Source: an uncultured Victivallales bacterium
GTDB lineage: Bacteria > Verrucomicrobiota > Kiritimatiellia > JAQICX01
Direction: 5' to 3'
DNA length: 41,399 bases
Assembly (NCBI GenBank): GCA_964441455.1
Contig: CAYTUX010000069.1
Location: 1-41,399 of the forward strand
The position numbers were made by a program, and so were the translations under genes. A model generated the notes under the pieces. That model was not told the DNA's origin and ran no database searches. It worked only from the letters and a program-made list of their open reading frames with translations. Shown piece after piece: positions 1 to 8,802 of the stretch; positions within the stretch are counted from its first letter, which is position 1; every line of letters starts with the position of its first letter.

Positions 1-172
1 AATGAAGTTTTTTCTGGGCGAGCAAAGCAACGCTTTGTAAAACAATAACTTACAAGGAATTTTTTTTTTGAACATCATTACGGAGTCAAGAGTTCTGAAC
101 TTCTAATTATATAATCATTTAAGGGAAAACCGACGATTATTGAAAAAAATGGGGGAATTTCGAAAAAAAGTA

Positions 173-201
173 TTGCATTTTTAAGCGATAAAACATATAG
201 T
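173..201 (+). promoter_or_regulatory. Candidate sigma70-type promoter for tRNA-Phe (TTGCAT-17 nt-TATAGT)
   Basis: TTGCAT at 173-178, a 17-nt spacer, and TATAGT at 196-201. It lies about 29 nt upstream of the mature tRNA 5' end. Based on consensus resemblance only. Confidence 0.35.
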
Positions 202-229
202 TCTCGCCATTGTTTGACAAACAACTCTT

Positions 230-305
230 GGCGAGATAGCTCAGTCGGTAGAGCAGAGGATTGAAAATCCTCGTGTCCCCAGTTCGATTCTGGGTCTCGC
301 CACCA
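230..305 (+). tRNA. tRNA-Phe (anticodon GAA), CCA encoded
   Basis: 76-nt cloverleaf. Acceptor stem GGCGAGA/TCTCGCC; D arm AGCTCAGTCGGTAGAGC; anticodon stem GAGGA/TCCTC with loop TTGAAAA (GAA); T arm CCCAG-TTCGATT-CTGGG; 3' ACCA. A T-run follows. Confidence 0.95.
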
Positions 306-428
306 ACTTTTTTTCTATTTTATATGAGCGAGATGCGTCTCGCCTCCGACAATCTTAGCACTTAAATCCTATGAGAATGTCAAGCCCAGTTTTGGCAAAA
401 AATTATACCTGCGGTAGCATTAATAATT

Positions 429-1769
429 TTACTTATATTCCGGCAGCCAATCTTTTTCAACTTCAAGAAATTCGTCACACATTTCTCTGATTTTATCAAG
501 AGAAAGTTCAGAAGCTGTGTGAGGATCAAGAAATGCAGCCTGATAGATTGAATCTTTCTTAAGGTTCAATGCTGCATCAATAACTAAGGAATGGACATTG
601 ATGTGAGTTCTGTTCAAAGCAGCCAACTGTAACGGCAAGTCGCCGACATATGTAGGCTGAACGCCATTCTTGTCAACAAGACAGGCAACTTCAACAATTG
701 CATCTTTGGGTAAGTTTGTAATAATACCATTATTAACAACATTACCGCCAATTCTTGCGGGAACATCTGTTTCCATCGCCTGCATAATAATAGAACCATA
801 CTCATGAGAAGCTTTGTGTGTAAGTTCAGGATTACCAATAAATTCCTTAGCCTGCTTCTTCCAGCCTGCAATTTGATTTATACAACGTCTTGGATATTCA
901 TCCAAAGGAATGTTAAACTCCTCAATGAATTCAGGATACTTACTCTTAATCCAGTAAGGATAATACTCCGCTGCATGTTCTGAAGATTCCGTAATGTAAT
1001 AACCAAAGTGTCTCATCATATCAAGACGTATCATATCGCCAAACTTTTCTGCACCCTCTTTGCGGGCTTCGGCAACTTTCTTTGCTGCAATTTTCTTGAT
1101 TTCAGGATACAAATCTTTTCCATTTTCAGTCACTTCAAGCAACCATCCCATATGGTTGATACCGGCAATCTTCCACTGAATATCATCCATATTCTTGTCC
1201 ATTTTAAGAACATGATTCAATAAACTGCTTGCACAACCTTGAACAGAGTGACACAAGCCCACCGCATGCACATTTGAGCCATGCAAAACAGAACCGGTTA
1301 CAATTGACATCGGGTTTGTATAGTTCAACAACCATGCTGACGGACAGACATCTTCAATATCCTTTGCAATATCAAGCATCACATTTGCTGTACGCAATCC
1401 TCTGAAAATTCCACCAATTCCAAGTGTATCAGCAATAGTCTGACGCAGTCCATATTTTTTAGGAATTTCAAAATCCCATACAGTACAAGGCTCATAACCT
1501 CCAACTTGAATTGCATTAACAATATAAGAAGCTCCACGAAGTGCATCCTTCCGGTTCTCAACGCCAAGATAAGGCTTTATCTGCATCCTACTTTCGTTGA
1601 TGTTAGCGTTCAAAGTATCAAGCATTCTTTTAGATTCATCCAGTCTCACCGGATCAATGTCATACAAAGCTACTTCAGAATCTTTTAAAGCTTCTCTGCA
1701 CATGCTGTCGCCAATAATATTTTTAACAAAAACGGTACTGCCTGCACCCAAAAATGTAATTTTAGCCAT
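429..1769 (-). CDS. Glycoside hydrolase family 4 (NAD/Mn-dependent alpha-galactosidase/alpha-glucosidase-like)
   Basis: 446-aa ORF. The N-terminal Rossmann motif MAKITFLGAGSTVF, the length, and the conserved CHS/GINH region are typical of GH4 (MelA/AglA-like) enzymes. Confidence 0.85.
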   Translation of the reverse strand: MAKITFLGAGSTVFVKNIIGDSMCREALKDSEVALYDIDPVRLDESKRMLDTLNANINESRMQIKPYLGVENRKDALRGASYIVNAIQVGGYEPCTVWDFEIPKKYGLRQTIADTLGIGGIFRGLRTANVMLDIAKDIEDVCPSAWLLNYTNPMSIVTGSVLHGSNVHAVGLCHSVQGCASSLLNHVLKMDKNMDDIQWKIAGINHMGWLLEVTENGKDLYPEIKKIAAKKVAEARKEGAEKFGDMIRLDMMRHFGYYITESSEHAAEYYPYWIKSKYPEFIEEFNIPLDEYPRRCINQIAGWKKQAKEFIGNPELTHKASHEYGSIIMQAMETDVPARIGGNVVNNGIITNLPKDAIVEVACLVDKNGVQPTYVGDLPLQLAALNRTHINVHSLVIDAALNLKKDSIYQAAFLDPHTASELSLDKIREMCDEFLEVEKDWLPEYK

Positions 1770-1909
1770 TCTATTTCCTTACTGGTTATTAATGTGTAAT
1801 AAAAATTTCTTCTTCCATTTATATATTTTGGGGAATTTTACTGTATTACTTAACAGATGTCAAAAAAAGAATCCTAGATAATCAACTTTTCGGAGGGGTT
1901 TGCCTTAGT

Positions 1910-2149
1910 TTATAATGAACCACGCAAATCAGCAGTATATTGTTTTTCTACAGGAGGCTTGGAAAGATACAGATATCCAAAAGGAATACGCAATTTCTTT
2001 GCTAATGTCTGTGCTTGCTTAAAAGTTGGTCTGGCTTTACCTAATTCCCAATCGGTATATTTCTTGTTGACAGCAAAAATACTTGCTTCATCAATACCTG
2101 CCCTTTTTCTAGCCCAAACTAATATTTCCGGTGTATATGCTACACTCAT
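1910..2149 (-). CDS. Short XRE-type helix-turn-helix protein; resembles only the N-terminal HTH module of HTH+ImmA/IrrE regulators and may be a truncated remnant
   Basis: The sequence SVAYTPEILVWARKRAGIDE...WELGKARPTFKQAQTLAKKLRIPFGYLYL matches the HTH pattern. GGAG lies 7 nt upstream of the ATG at 2149. The ORF stops where related proteins continue into a metallopeptidase domain. Confidence 0.5.
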   Translation of the reverse strand: MSVAYTPEILVWARKRAGIDEASIFAVNKKYTDWELGKARPTFKQAQTLAKKLRIPFGYLYLSKPPVEKQYTADLRGSL

Positions 2150-2319
2150 TATTAATCTCCTCATATCGAGGAATTTTCTTAGCCTTTTTATTTCTTTATT
2201 ATATCTACAAAACTTATTGTGTAATTATACAATAATCAGAATACTTCAAGCAAATTTCTCCTAATTCTTCAAAAAAATTATAATTCCAAGTAAATCAAAC
2301 TATATTTATATTCTTTTTC

Positions 2320-2626
2320 GGCTCTTCGTAAATTATTGTGGATAAATCCCAGAGGGATGACATCTTGGTAGCCTTGGGTTTTAACCCAAGGCATTGATAT
2401 ATAAAAGCATTGAACCCTGTAGGGGTGACATTGATATAAAATTCTTTTTCGTATTTCATTAGATGCCATCCCTTCCATGCTTCGCCTTTGGTATGCAGAA
2501 CAATGACGGGATTCGGTTGTCTATTTTTATCAGCTTCACACGGTTGAAACCGTGGGCTACAAAGATTTCACCCCGCCGGGGTTCTTGTTAATAACAATTG
2601 TTATCCACAAAATATTACGAAGAACC
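2320..2626. mobile_element. MITE-like 307-bp element E1 with about 25-bp terminal inverted repeats and an internal hairpin cluster
   Basis: Left end is GGCTCTTCGTAAATTATTGTGGATAA (2320-2345). The reverse complement of the right end (2601-2626) is GGTTCTTCGTAATATTTTGTGGATAA. The interior is homologous to element E2 at 33200-33505. Confidence 0.6.
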
Positions 2627-2805
2627 AGGTTTCTTTCCATTTGTTTAACCATTTTTCTATTCTTCGCTTCATAAAAACTCCTTTTATTCAATAAATCAAG
2701 GTTAAACCTTTAAAAAAGAAAAACTTGTATTTTTTAGGAGTAAGTTATATCATCTATCGTGTGTAGTTAATGGTTAAGCAACTCCTATTTAGAAAGGAAA
2801 TATCT

Positions 2806-3417
2806 ATGGGAATAACAATACATTACAAAGGTCAGATGGATGACACTAGTATGCTTCCAATGCTGATTGAGGAAATTCAGGATATAGCTGATACAAAAGG
2901 ATGGAAATCAAACATACTTAATGAGGACTGGGGAACCAAACCTAATGCGTCAATAGTTAGCAGAGGTCAGATAGAAGGTGATCTGGGACTCAAGGGTATC
3001 AGTTTCTCACCCGGCGAAGGCTGTGAATCAATGAGTCTCTTTTTCGACAGATATGGGCATGTCATGGATCCGATGACAATGTTGTGTATTATTGATGGAA
3101 CCATAAAGCCTACAGATGCATGTGTACATGTTAAAACACAATTTGCAAACTCAGAGACACATATATGGATTATCAGTATTCTCAAATATCTTAAGAAGGA
3201 ATACATTAGCAACCTTGAAGTTATCGACGAGGGTGGATATTGGGAAACAGGTGATGTTAAAGAGCTTGAAAAAAGAATGAAGTTTCTTGGTGACAAAATC
3301 AATGCCATTGCAAATGCGATTTCCTCTGCCCCAATCACAGATACAGATAAAGAAAAAATGTCTGTCGAGGAAATAGCCTCTAAAATTGAGGATATCATCA
3401 GAAACATGGATTCTTAA
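2806..3417 (+). CDS. Hypothetical protein (203 aa), no recognisable domain
   Basis: Long ORF with AAAGGAAA 8 nt upstream of the ATG at 2806 (the ORF track begins at 2770). The acidic helical C-terminus gives no motif I can name. Confidence 0.6.
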   Translation: MGITIHYKGQMDDTSMLPMLIEEIQDIADTKGWKSNILNEDWGTKPNASIVSRGQIEGDLGLKGISFSPGEGCESMSLFFDRYGHVMDPMTMLCIIDGTIKPTDACVHVKTQFANSETHIWIISILKYLKKEYISNLEVIDEGGYWETGDVKELEKRMKFLGDKINAIANAISSAPITDTDKEKMSVEEIASKIEDIIRNMDS

Positions 3418-3647
3418 TTTTTCGGTTGCAGATAAATATGTGCGTTTTAACCAATAAAATCAGCAAATAAAATCTTAATTCAGTCAGCTTTGGGTTATAT
3501 AAACATAAAAAAGTTGTAAGTACTGTTTTAATTTATATTTAGATAATATTGGCAGAATTACTGTAAAAACACGCTTTGCGAATGGACGCTACACTGCGTT
3601 CCGCTGCTTGACATTCGTCAACCCTCTTACCCTGCGGACGTTTCACC

Positions 3648-3995
3648 TTGGGAAGCCATTTAGTTTTTTATGAAATAAAAATCTTAAACGAAGCTCTTGA
3701 AATTATTAATTGGTATCACCTCCAAATCCACGTAAAGATAATGAGAGCAGCAACCGGAAATGAAAACAATGATATATCCGACAAACAAGATTCAGATGGC
3801 TCTGCAAAAGTGGCACTGATAGGCATAGACCGTTCAATTGCCGCATGGGGTAAACTGCTTTCATATTTTCCGGAGCAGGAAGATGAGTTATTAGACATAC
3901 TAGTGCATTTGGAAAAACTTAGAAGAACAACTGAAAATGAATTTCCTGACGCCCGAGCATTTATACGCCCCGGTTTTGATGATGACCAACAGTGA
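3648..3995 (+). CDS. Hypothetical small helical protein; start uncertain (TTG at 3648 or ATG at 3741), possibly a gene fragment
   Basis: ORF only. No convincing RBS for either start. The first about 35 nt overlap a 28-nt repeat that is also found upstream of ileS, which argues for the later start. Confidence 0.35.
   Translation: MGSHLVFYEIKILNEALEIINWYHLQIHVKIMRAATGNENNDISDKQDSDGSAKVALIGIDRSIAAWGKLLSYFPEQEDELLDILVHLEKLRRTTENEFPDARAFIRPGFDDDQQ
3656..3683. repeat. 28-nt repeat CCATTTAGTTTTTTATGAAATAAAAATC (copy 1)
   Basis: Matches 14921-14948 at 27 of 28 positions. Contains the near-palindrome GTTTTTTAT-GAA-ATAAAAATC. Confidence 0.7.
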
Positions 3996-4035
3996 AGAAT
4001 TAAACAGAATGCCCTATGTAATTGCAAGCCCTAAG

Positions 4036-4458
4036 TTAATTGATTCTTGGGAACAAAAAAAGGCCTTGCTTGTATATTTCTTGAAATATTTCTTTAATCG
4101 GTTCAACAGCCTCATTATATTCTACCTGAAAAAAATATATGTATTCAGCATTACTGTTCTTTATGCTTCTGAACCATACAAAACTAATTGCCTTTTGCCA
4201 TCCAACATCCAGGTCAATCACTTCACTTCTACCAATAACCAGTTTTATTTGCTCAAATTTGTCTTCTGTTTTTGAGAGAAAATCGTCTAAATCCATTTCT
4301 GGTTGCTTTATTCTGCTAAAACTTTCGTTACAGTCTAACTTATCAAACCATGCATTCTTACTTGGTATATCCAAGTTGTGTAACCGGTATATAAATTCTT
4401 GATTTGTTTTATAGTCTTCTGTTCCTAAGTTTAGCCAAATCCCATTGTCATATTCCAT
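4036..4458 (-). CDS. Hypothetical protein (140 aa) immediately downstream of the DUF4143 ATPase gene
   Basis: Strong RBS AAGGAGG 8 nt upstream of the ATG at 4458. It lies 41 nt downstream of the ATPase stop on the same strand. No recognisable domain. Confidence 0.6.
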   Translation of the reverse strand: MEYDNGIWLNLGTEDYKTNQEFIYRLHNLDIPSKNAWFDKLDCNESFSRIKQPEMDLDDFLSKTEDKFEQIKLVIGRSEVIDLDVGWQKAISFVWFRSIKNSNAEYIYFFQVEYNEAVEPIKEIFQEIYKQGLFLFPRIN

Positions 4459-4499
4459 AAAACATGCCTCCTTGTGTTGTATTGAAAAACAAAACAACC

Positions 4500-5654
4500 T
4501 TAAACAAAAACGTCCCCTATCTGATTCCATGGAATGATTTTTATTCCATTACGTTGTGTTCGGGCTTCACCACCATAAATAATAGAACTTGAATTCAGTT
4601 TAATACTGTTCTCAACAACTTTGATACCTTTAAAAAAGTCAGAGGAAACAGTTTGTGATGACTTGATTTCCCAAGCCGAAACCTTCGCACCGTTTTCCGC
4701 AAACAAATCGACCTCGACACCATTACTATCTCTATAGAAACATAGCCGATCATTTATGCCTGCATTAGCGTATTGCTTAATTGCCTCGCTAACAACAAAT
4801 GTTTCAAAAATAGCTCCACGTAACGGATGCCCTACTAGATGTTCAGGTTTTTGTAGTCCTAACAAGAAACAGGCCAATCCTGTATCAAGAAAATAAAGTT
4901 TCGGCGTCTTAACCAGACGCTTACCTATATTTGCATGCCATGGTTGAAGAAGCCTGATAATTCCACTTTCCTGAAGAACTGACAACCAGCTTTTTATTGT
5001 ATTATGAGTAATTCCACACTCGTTACCTAGAGAATGCATATTCAACAGCTGTCCGGTACGCCCTGCACATAACTGGAGAAACATTTCAAATCTGTGTAAA
5101 TCAGTAACGGCAAGAATCTGCCTGACATCACGTTCAACATATGTGGAAATGTAGAATGAAAGGGCTTCTGTTGGATTCAAATGCTTATCATGAATTCTTG
5201 GATAAAATCCGGAGTAAAGCATTTCGTTAATTGTTACAGGAGCTGCCTTATGATAAAGTTCATCATAAGAAAAAGGGTACAATCTGGCAATAGCCGTTCG
5301 ACCAGCAAGAGATTGCGACACTGGTTCCATCATCTCAAATTGTCTGGAACCTGTTAAAATAAACACTCCTGTCTGCATTGAAGCATCAACAATAGTCTGA
5401 ATATACGACAACAACTCTGGAACATGCTGTATTTCATCTAAAACAGCACCATCTGGAAACTCATTAAGAAATCCCCGTGGATCTGTTCTTGCATAATTTC
5501 TCTGATCAAGGTCTTCTAAAGACACATAGGGTTTTTCAGGGAAAATAGCACGGCAAAGAGTGGTCTTTCCCGATTGCCTTGGTCCTGTAACAGTTATAAC
5601 CGGATACTGTCCTGCCCATTCTAATATTTTATTTTCTAACTTTCTTTTAATCAT
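4500..5654 (-). CDS. AAA-family ATPase of the COG1373 type with a C-terminal DUF4143-like (predicted PD-(D/E)xK) region
   Basis: Walker A GPRQSGKTT; a Walker B-like VFILTGS/LDEIQ region; C-terminal EVDLF...WEIKSS pattern. The length and order are typical of this family. Confidence 0.85.
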   Translation of the reverse strand: MIKRKLENKILEWAGQYPVITVTGPRQSGKTTLCRAIFPEKPYVSLEDLDQRNYARTDPRGFLNEFPDGAVLDEIQHVPELLSYIQTIVDASMQTGVFILTGSRQFEMMEPVSQSLAGRTAIARLYPFSYDELYHKAAPVTINEMLYSGFYPRIHDKHLNPTEALSFYISTYVERDVRQILAVTDLHRFEMFLQLCAGRTGQLLNMHSLGNECGITHNTIKSWLSVLQESGIIRLLQPWHANIGKRLVKTPKLYFLDTGLACFLLGLQKPEHLVGHPLRGAIFETFVVSEAIKQYANAGINDRLCFYRDSNGVEVDLFAENGAKVSAWEIKSSQTVSSDFFKGIKVVENSIKLNSSSIIYGGEARTQRNGIKIIPWNQIGDVFV

Positions 5655-5812
5655 GATGACAGCATAATGACATTTTTTATGTAAATTGTCAATTATATTT
5701 ACAAATTACATAGATAATTTACCGCAACCAAAAGAATATTAACAAACAAAACTAATCTAACTAATAAAAAAAACAAAATTATTCAAGCATTCTTTTCACA
5801 CCCATATGCATT

Positions 5813-6082
5813 TTAGTTCTTAAGTATTATTCCGCTACTATAATACCATTTTGACACTTTTCCATAGACTTCTGAAACGGAATCACCTTTGAATTGTTTC
5901 TTGTCCTCCAGCAACTCGCTCAGAAAAGAATCATATACCTCACTTTTTAACTTCAAAACAACTGGATATGTTTTTCGCTCATAAATTGTTAAAGTTCCAG
6001 TATACAATATCCATTCATTGGAACGCAAATGCCTTCCAAAAACTTCTTGGTCTGCTTTGTATCTTATTGTTGCTCTCGGCAT
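5813..6082 (-). CDS. Hypothetical protein (89 aa) trailing the hsdMS gene
   Basis: ORF on the same strand, starting 26 nt after the hsdMS stop. No recognisable domain. Confidence 0.45.
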   Translation of the reverse strand: MPRATIRYKADQEVFGRHLRSNEWILYTGTLTIYERKTYPVVLKLKSEVYDSFLSELLEDKKQFKGDSVSEVYGKVSKWYYSSGIILKN

Positions 6083-6108
6083 TGTCTGTTAAACCTTTTT
6101 CTTATTTA

Positions 6109-8664
6109 TCATTTTGTCTTATATTCCCCTACCGATTCGGCAGCCATGCTCAATGTTGGTTCTTCGGCTGATTTATCTTCGCCCCAGACTTTGGCAATCC
6201 GGTCTTTTATCTTTTGCTCAAATATTTCTATTAGTTGTTTGTTTGCGTTTACAATTTCTTGTTCTTTTTCTATTTTAGCAACTATTTGTTTTTGTATTTC
6301 AATAGGAGGCAATGGAAATTTTATTTTAATGATAGCATTACCGTTAAATTGCGGTTGACCGCCTCCTGTCATTAACTTAGCCGCTTGACTAATATAATTG
6401 GAACTCTGAGCAAAAGCCCAATAATATTTTGGATATACCCTTTTTTTGTCGAAATTCAGACGAATAAGAAATGAAGCAAAAACGGCCGGATACGATTCTT
6501 TAAAAATCATAGTCTTTCCATATGTTGCCCCTGTTCTTGCAACTAAGATATCATCTTTACTAACTATACTTTTCTGTGCATCTAATGTTAAATCAATATA
6601 TCTAGCATTTTCTTTTATCAATTCGCCATCTACTCCAATATCTGTAATTCTAATAAAACGAGCATTGCCTTCGTCTTTAGCTTTTTCTGTAAATCCATAT
6701 TGTGGTTTTGCAACCTCACCCAACTCGACCATTTCCCAAGCGGGGTCAATGTCTATTTTGGGTTTGTAGTTTTCAACTACCATTTTTGCCCCATCAATTA
6801 TTTTCTGGTAGCCTTCTATTTCAGCTACTATCTCCTCTTGAACCGATAATGGAGGTAGCGGAATTTTAACCCTTTTAACTAACTCAATATTTAAATTCTT
6901 AACTACCCCCCCCGTTGCAGACTGAGCAAATTGGTCTTTAACAAATTGAGAAGAAAGAATATTAAAAACATAATTCTTGTTTAAATTATTTTTGAGTTGT
7001 TTAAAAACTAACCAACCATCATGAATTGCACCAGTAATATTTACAATATAAGGACGTCCAAAACTCATTGAGTTTGAAAGTATGAAATCTCCAGGTTCAA
7101 CTAATCTTGATTTTTTCAAGCCTTCTGGTCTTATTTTTTGTTTAGTTGAATTTACAAACTTAGCCCCCTCTTGAACATCACCAATTTTAATCCAATTTAT
7201 GCCATTGACATCATCCGTTATATAATCTTGAATTGGTCTTGGTGAACCTCCTCGCTTAATATCAAATAATTCATTAAGTGTACACAAATCAAATTCTGTT
7301 TGCCCTAAAATTGTTTCTTTGTACCTCTCGCCGCTCAAATTATAATCGCCATTTTTTGCAATCTTTGATTTCAGTACAGCATGAGCCATTTCGACTTCGC
7401 TCAAAGCCCCTGCTTTAAATTGTTTCAATAAGTCAATTGCTTCTTCCAGCTGTCCACCTTTAATAATATTTCGTTGAGCACCCAGATTGAATCCATCGTT
7501 ATCAACTTTTACAAATAGTATCTCATTACTTGTTTTGGCAAATTGCCTATCCATCAGCAAAATAGAAGTCTTTACTCCACTATATGGATTAAATACTCCG
7601 GCGGGCAAACTCACTACGGCATACAGATGATTCTCAACCAGCATTTTACGAAGTTCTTTGTAGGATTTACCACTTTGGAAAATTACTCCCTCGGGAACAA
7701 TTATACCTGCTCTACCGGTTGGATTAAGATGTTCGGCAATGTAGTCAACAAACAAAACCTCTGAACGATTTGACTTTACTGTAAATTGTGAGTGAGGTCG
7801 AATCCCCCCTTTTGGACTCATAAATGGAGGGTTGGCAAGGATAACATCAAACCTGTCATCCCAACGATCTTCACTTGATAAAGAATCATATTCATAGATA
7901 TGCGGAGATGTGAACCCATGCAGATATAAATTGACCAGACTCATACGAACCATATCGGGAGATATATCATAGCCGATAATGTTTTTTATCAGCTTCTTTC
8001 TCTCATCAGGAGTCAGGTTGTTGTTTTTCTCTTTGATATGTTTAAAGGCAGATATAAGAAAACCGGCTGTTCCACATGCTGGATCAAGTATTGTATCCGA
8101 TTTATCCGGATCTACAGCTTTGACAAGAAAATCTATTATGTGTCGTGGAGTTCTGAATTGCCCGGCATCGCCTTGTGAACCCATGATAGAAAGCAGATAT
8201 TCAAATGCATCTCCAAGTTTTTCACTATGGGTGTATTCAAACCTTCCAATCTCTTTTAGAAACATTCGGAGCGTTTCCGGATCGCGATATGGCAGATATG
8301 CATTTTTAAAGATATCTCTGAACAGTTGAGGTATGTTAGGATTTTTCTCCATATTCTCTATGGCTTCAGAATACAATCGGAGCAGGTCATTTGCTGAGAC
8401 CTGTGGACTCGTAAGGTTATCCCAGCTATATTTTTCAAATTCAACAGTTATCTCTTCTTCAGGATTGGCTGGATCTTTGATTTTGTAATCTGAGAAAAAC
8501 TTTGCTTTTCCGCCAAGTTCAATGGATTCTTTATCCATATCATCCATAAATTTATATATCAATGCAATTGTAATCTGCTCAATCTGCGATTTCGGATCCG
8601 GCAACTTCCCTACTAAGATATCCCGGCAATCATCTATTCTTCTCTTTGTCTGTGTATCTAACAT
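6109..8664 (-). CDS. hsdM: Type I restriction-modification fused methyltransferase-specificity subunit (HsdM N-terminal about 480 aa plus HsdS with two target-recognition domains)
   Basis: N6-adenine MTase motifs DPACGTAGFL (motif I) and LANPPFMS (motif IV). These are followed by two TRD-plus-conserved-helix units: LPPLSVQEEIVAEIEGYQKII and LPPIEIQKQIVAKIEKEQEIV. AGGA RBS precedes the ATG at 8664 (the ORF track extends to 8712). Confidence 0.85.
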   Translation of the reverse strand: MLDTQTKRRIDDCRDILVGKLPDPKSQIEQITIALIYKFMDDMDKESIELGGKAKFFSDYKIKDPANPEEEITVEFEKYSWDNLTSPQVSANDLLRLYSEAIENMEKNPNIPQLFRDIFKNAYLPYRDPETLRMFLKEIGRFEYTHSEKLGDAFEYLLSIMGSQGDAGQFRTPRHIIDFLVKAVDPDKSDTILDPACGTAGFLISAFKHIKEKNNNLTPDERKKLIKNIIGYDISPDMVRMSLVNLYLHGFTSPHIYEYDSLSSEDRWDDRFDVILANPPFMSPKGGIRPHSQFTVKSNRSEVLFVDYIAEHLNPTGRAGIIVPEGVIFQSGKSYKELRKMLVENHLYAVVSLPAGVFNPYSGVKTSILLMDRQFAKTSNEILFVKVDNDGFNLGAQRNIIKGGQLEEAIDLLKQFKAGALSEVEMAHAVLKSKIAKNGDYNLSGERYKETILGQTEFDLCTLNELFDIKRGGSPRPIQDYITDDVNGINWIKIGDVQEGAKFVNSTKQKIRPEGLKKSRLVEPGDFILSNSMSFGRPYIVNITGAIHDGWLVFKQLKNNLNKNYVFNILSSQFVKDQFAQSATGGVVKNLNIELVKRVKIPLPPLSVQEEIVAEIEGYQKIIDGAKMVVENYKPKIDIDPAWEMVELGEVAKPQYGFTEKAKDEGNARFIRITDIGVDGELIKENARYIDLTLDAQKSIVSKDDILVARTGATYGKTMIFKESYPAVFASFLIRLNFDKKRVYPKYYWAFAQSSNYISQAAKLMTGGGQPQFNGNAIIKIKFPLPPIEIQKQIVAKIEKEQEIVNANKQLIEIFEQKIKDRIAKVWGEDKSAEEPTLSMAAESVGEYKTK

Positions 8665-8734
8665 AAATTCCTTTGTTATTATTGCATGATGCAATGTAAT
8701 AAAACGCAACATTTTTTATTTTACAAATATATAA

Positions 8735-8770
8735 GACGCAAAGCATTGAGACGCAAAGCATTGCGTCTCT
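8735..8770. repeat. REP-like palindrome GAGACGCAAAGCATTGCGTCTC preceded by a tandem half copy
   Basis: AGACGCAAAGCATTG half copy followed by the full palindrome at 8748-8769. Same sequence family as 9064-9087 and 9249-9270. Confidence 0.8.
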
Positions 8771-8802
8771 ATGGATTATTTCAAAAAAAAACGTATTACG
8801 GT

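Noticed and set aside
2278-2478. 66-aa ORF inside element E1, and the similar 32830..33282(+) ORF running into E2
   Set aside because: They lie within hairpin-rich repeat DNA or antisense to valS. The equivalent frames are not conserved between the two element copies.
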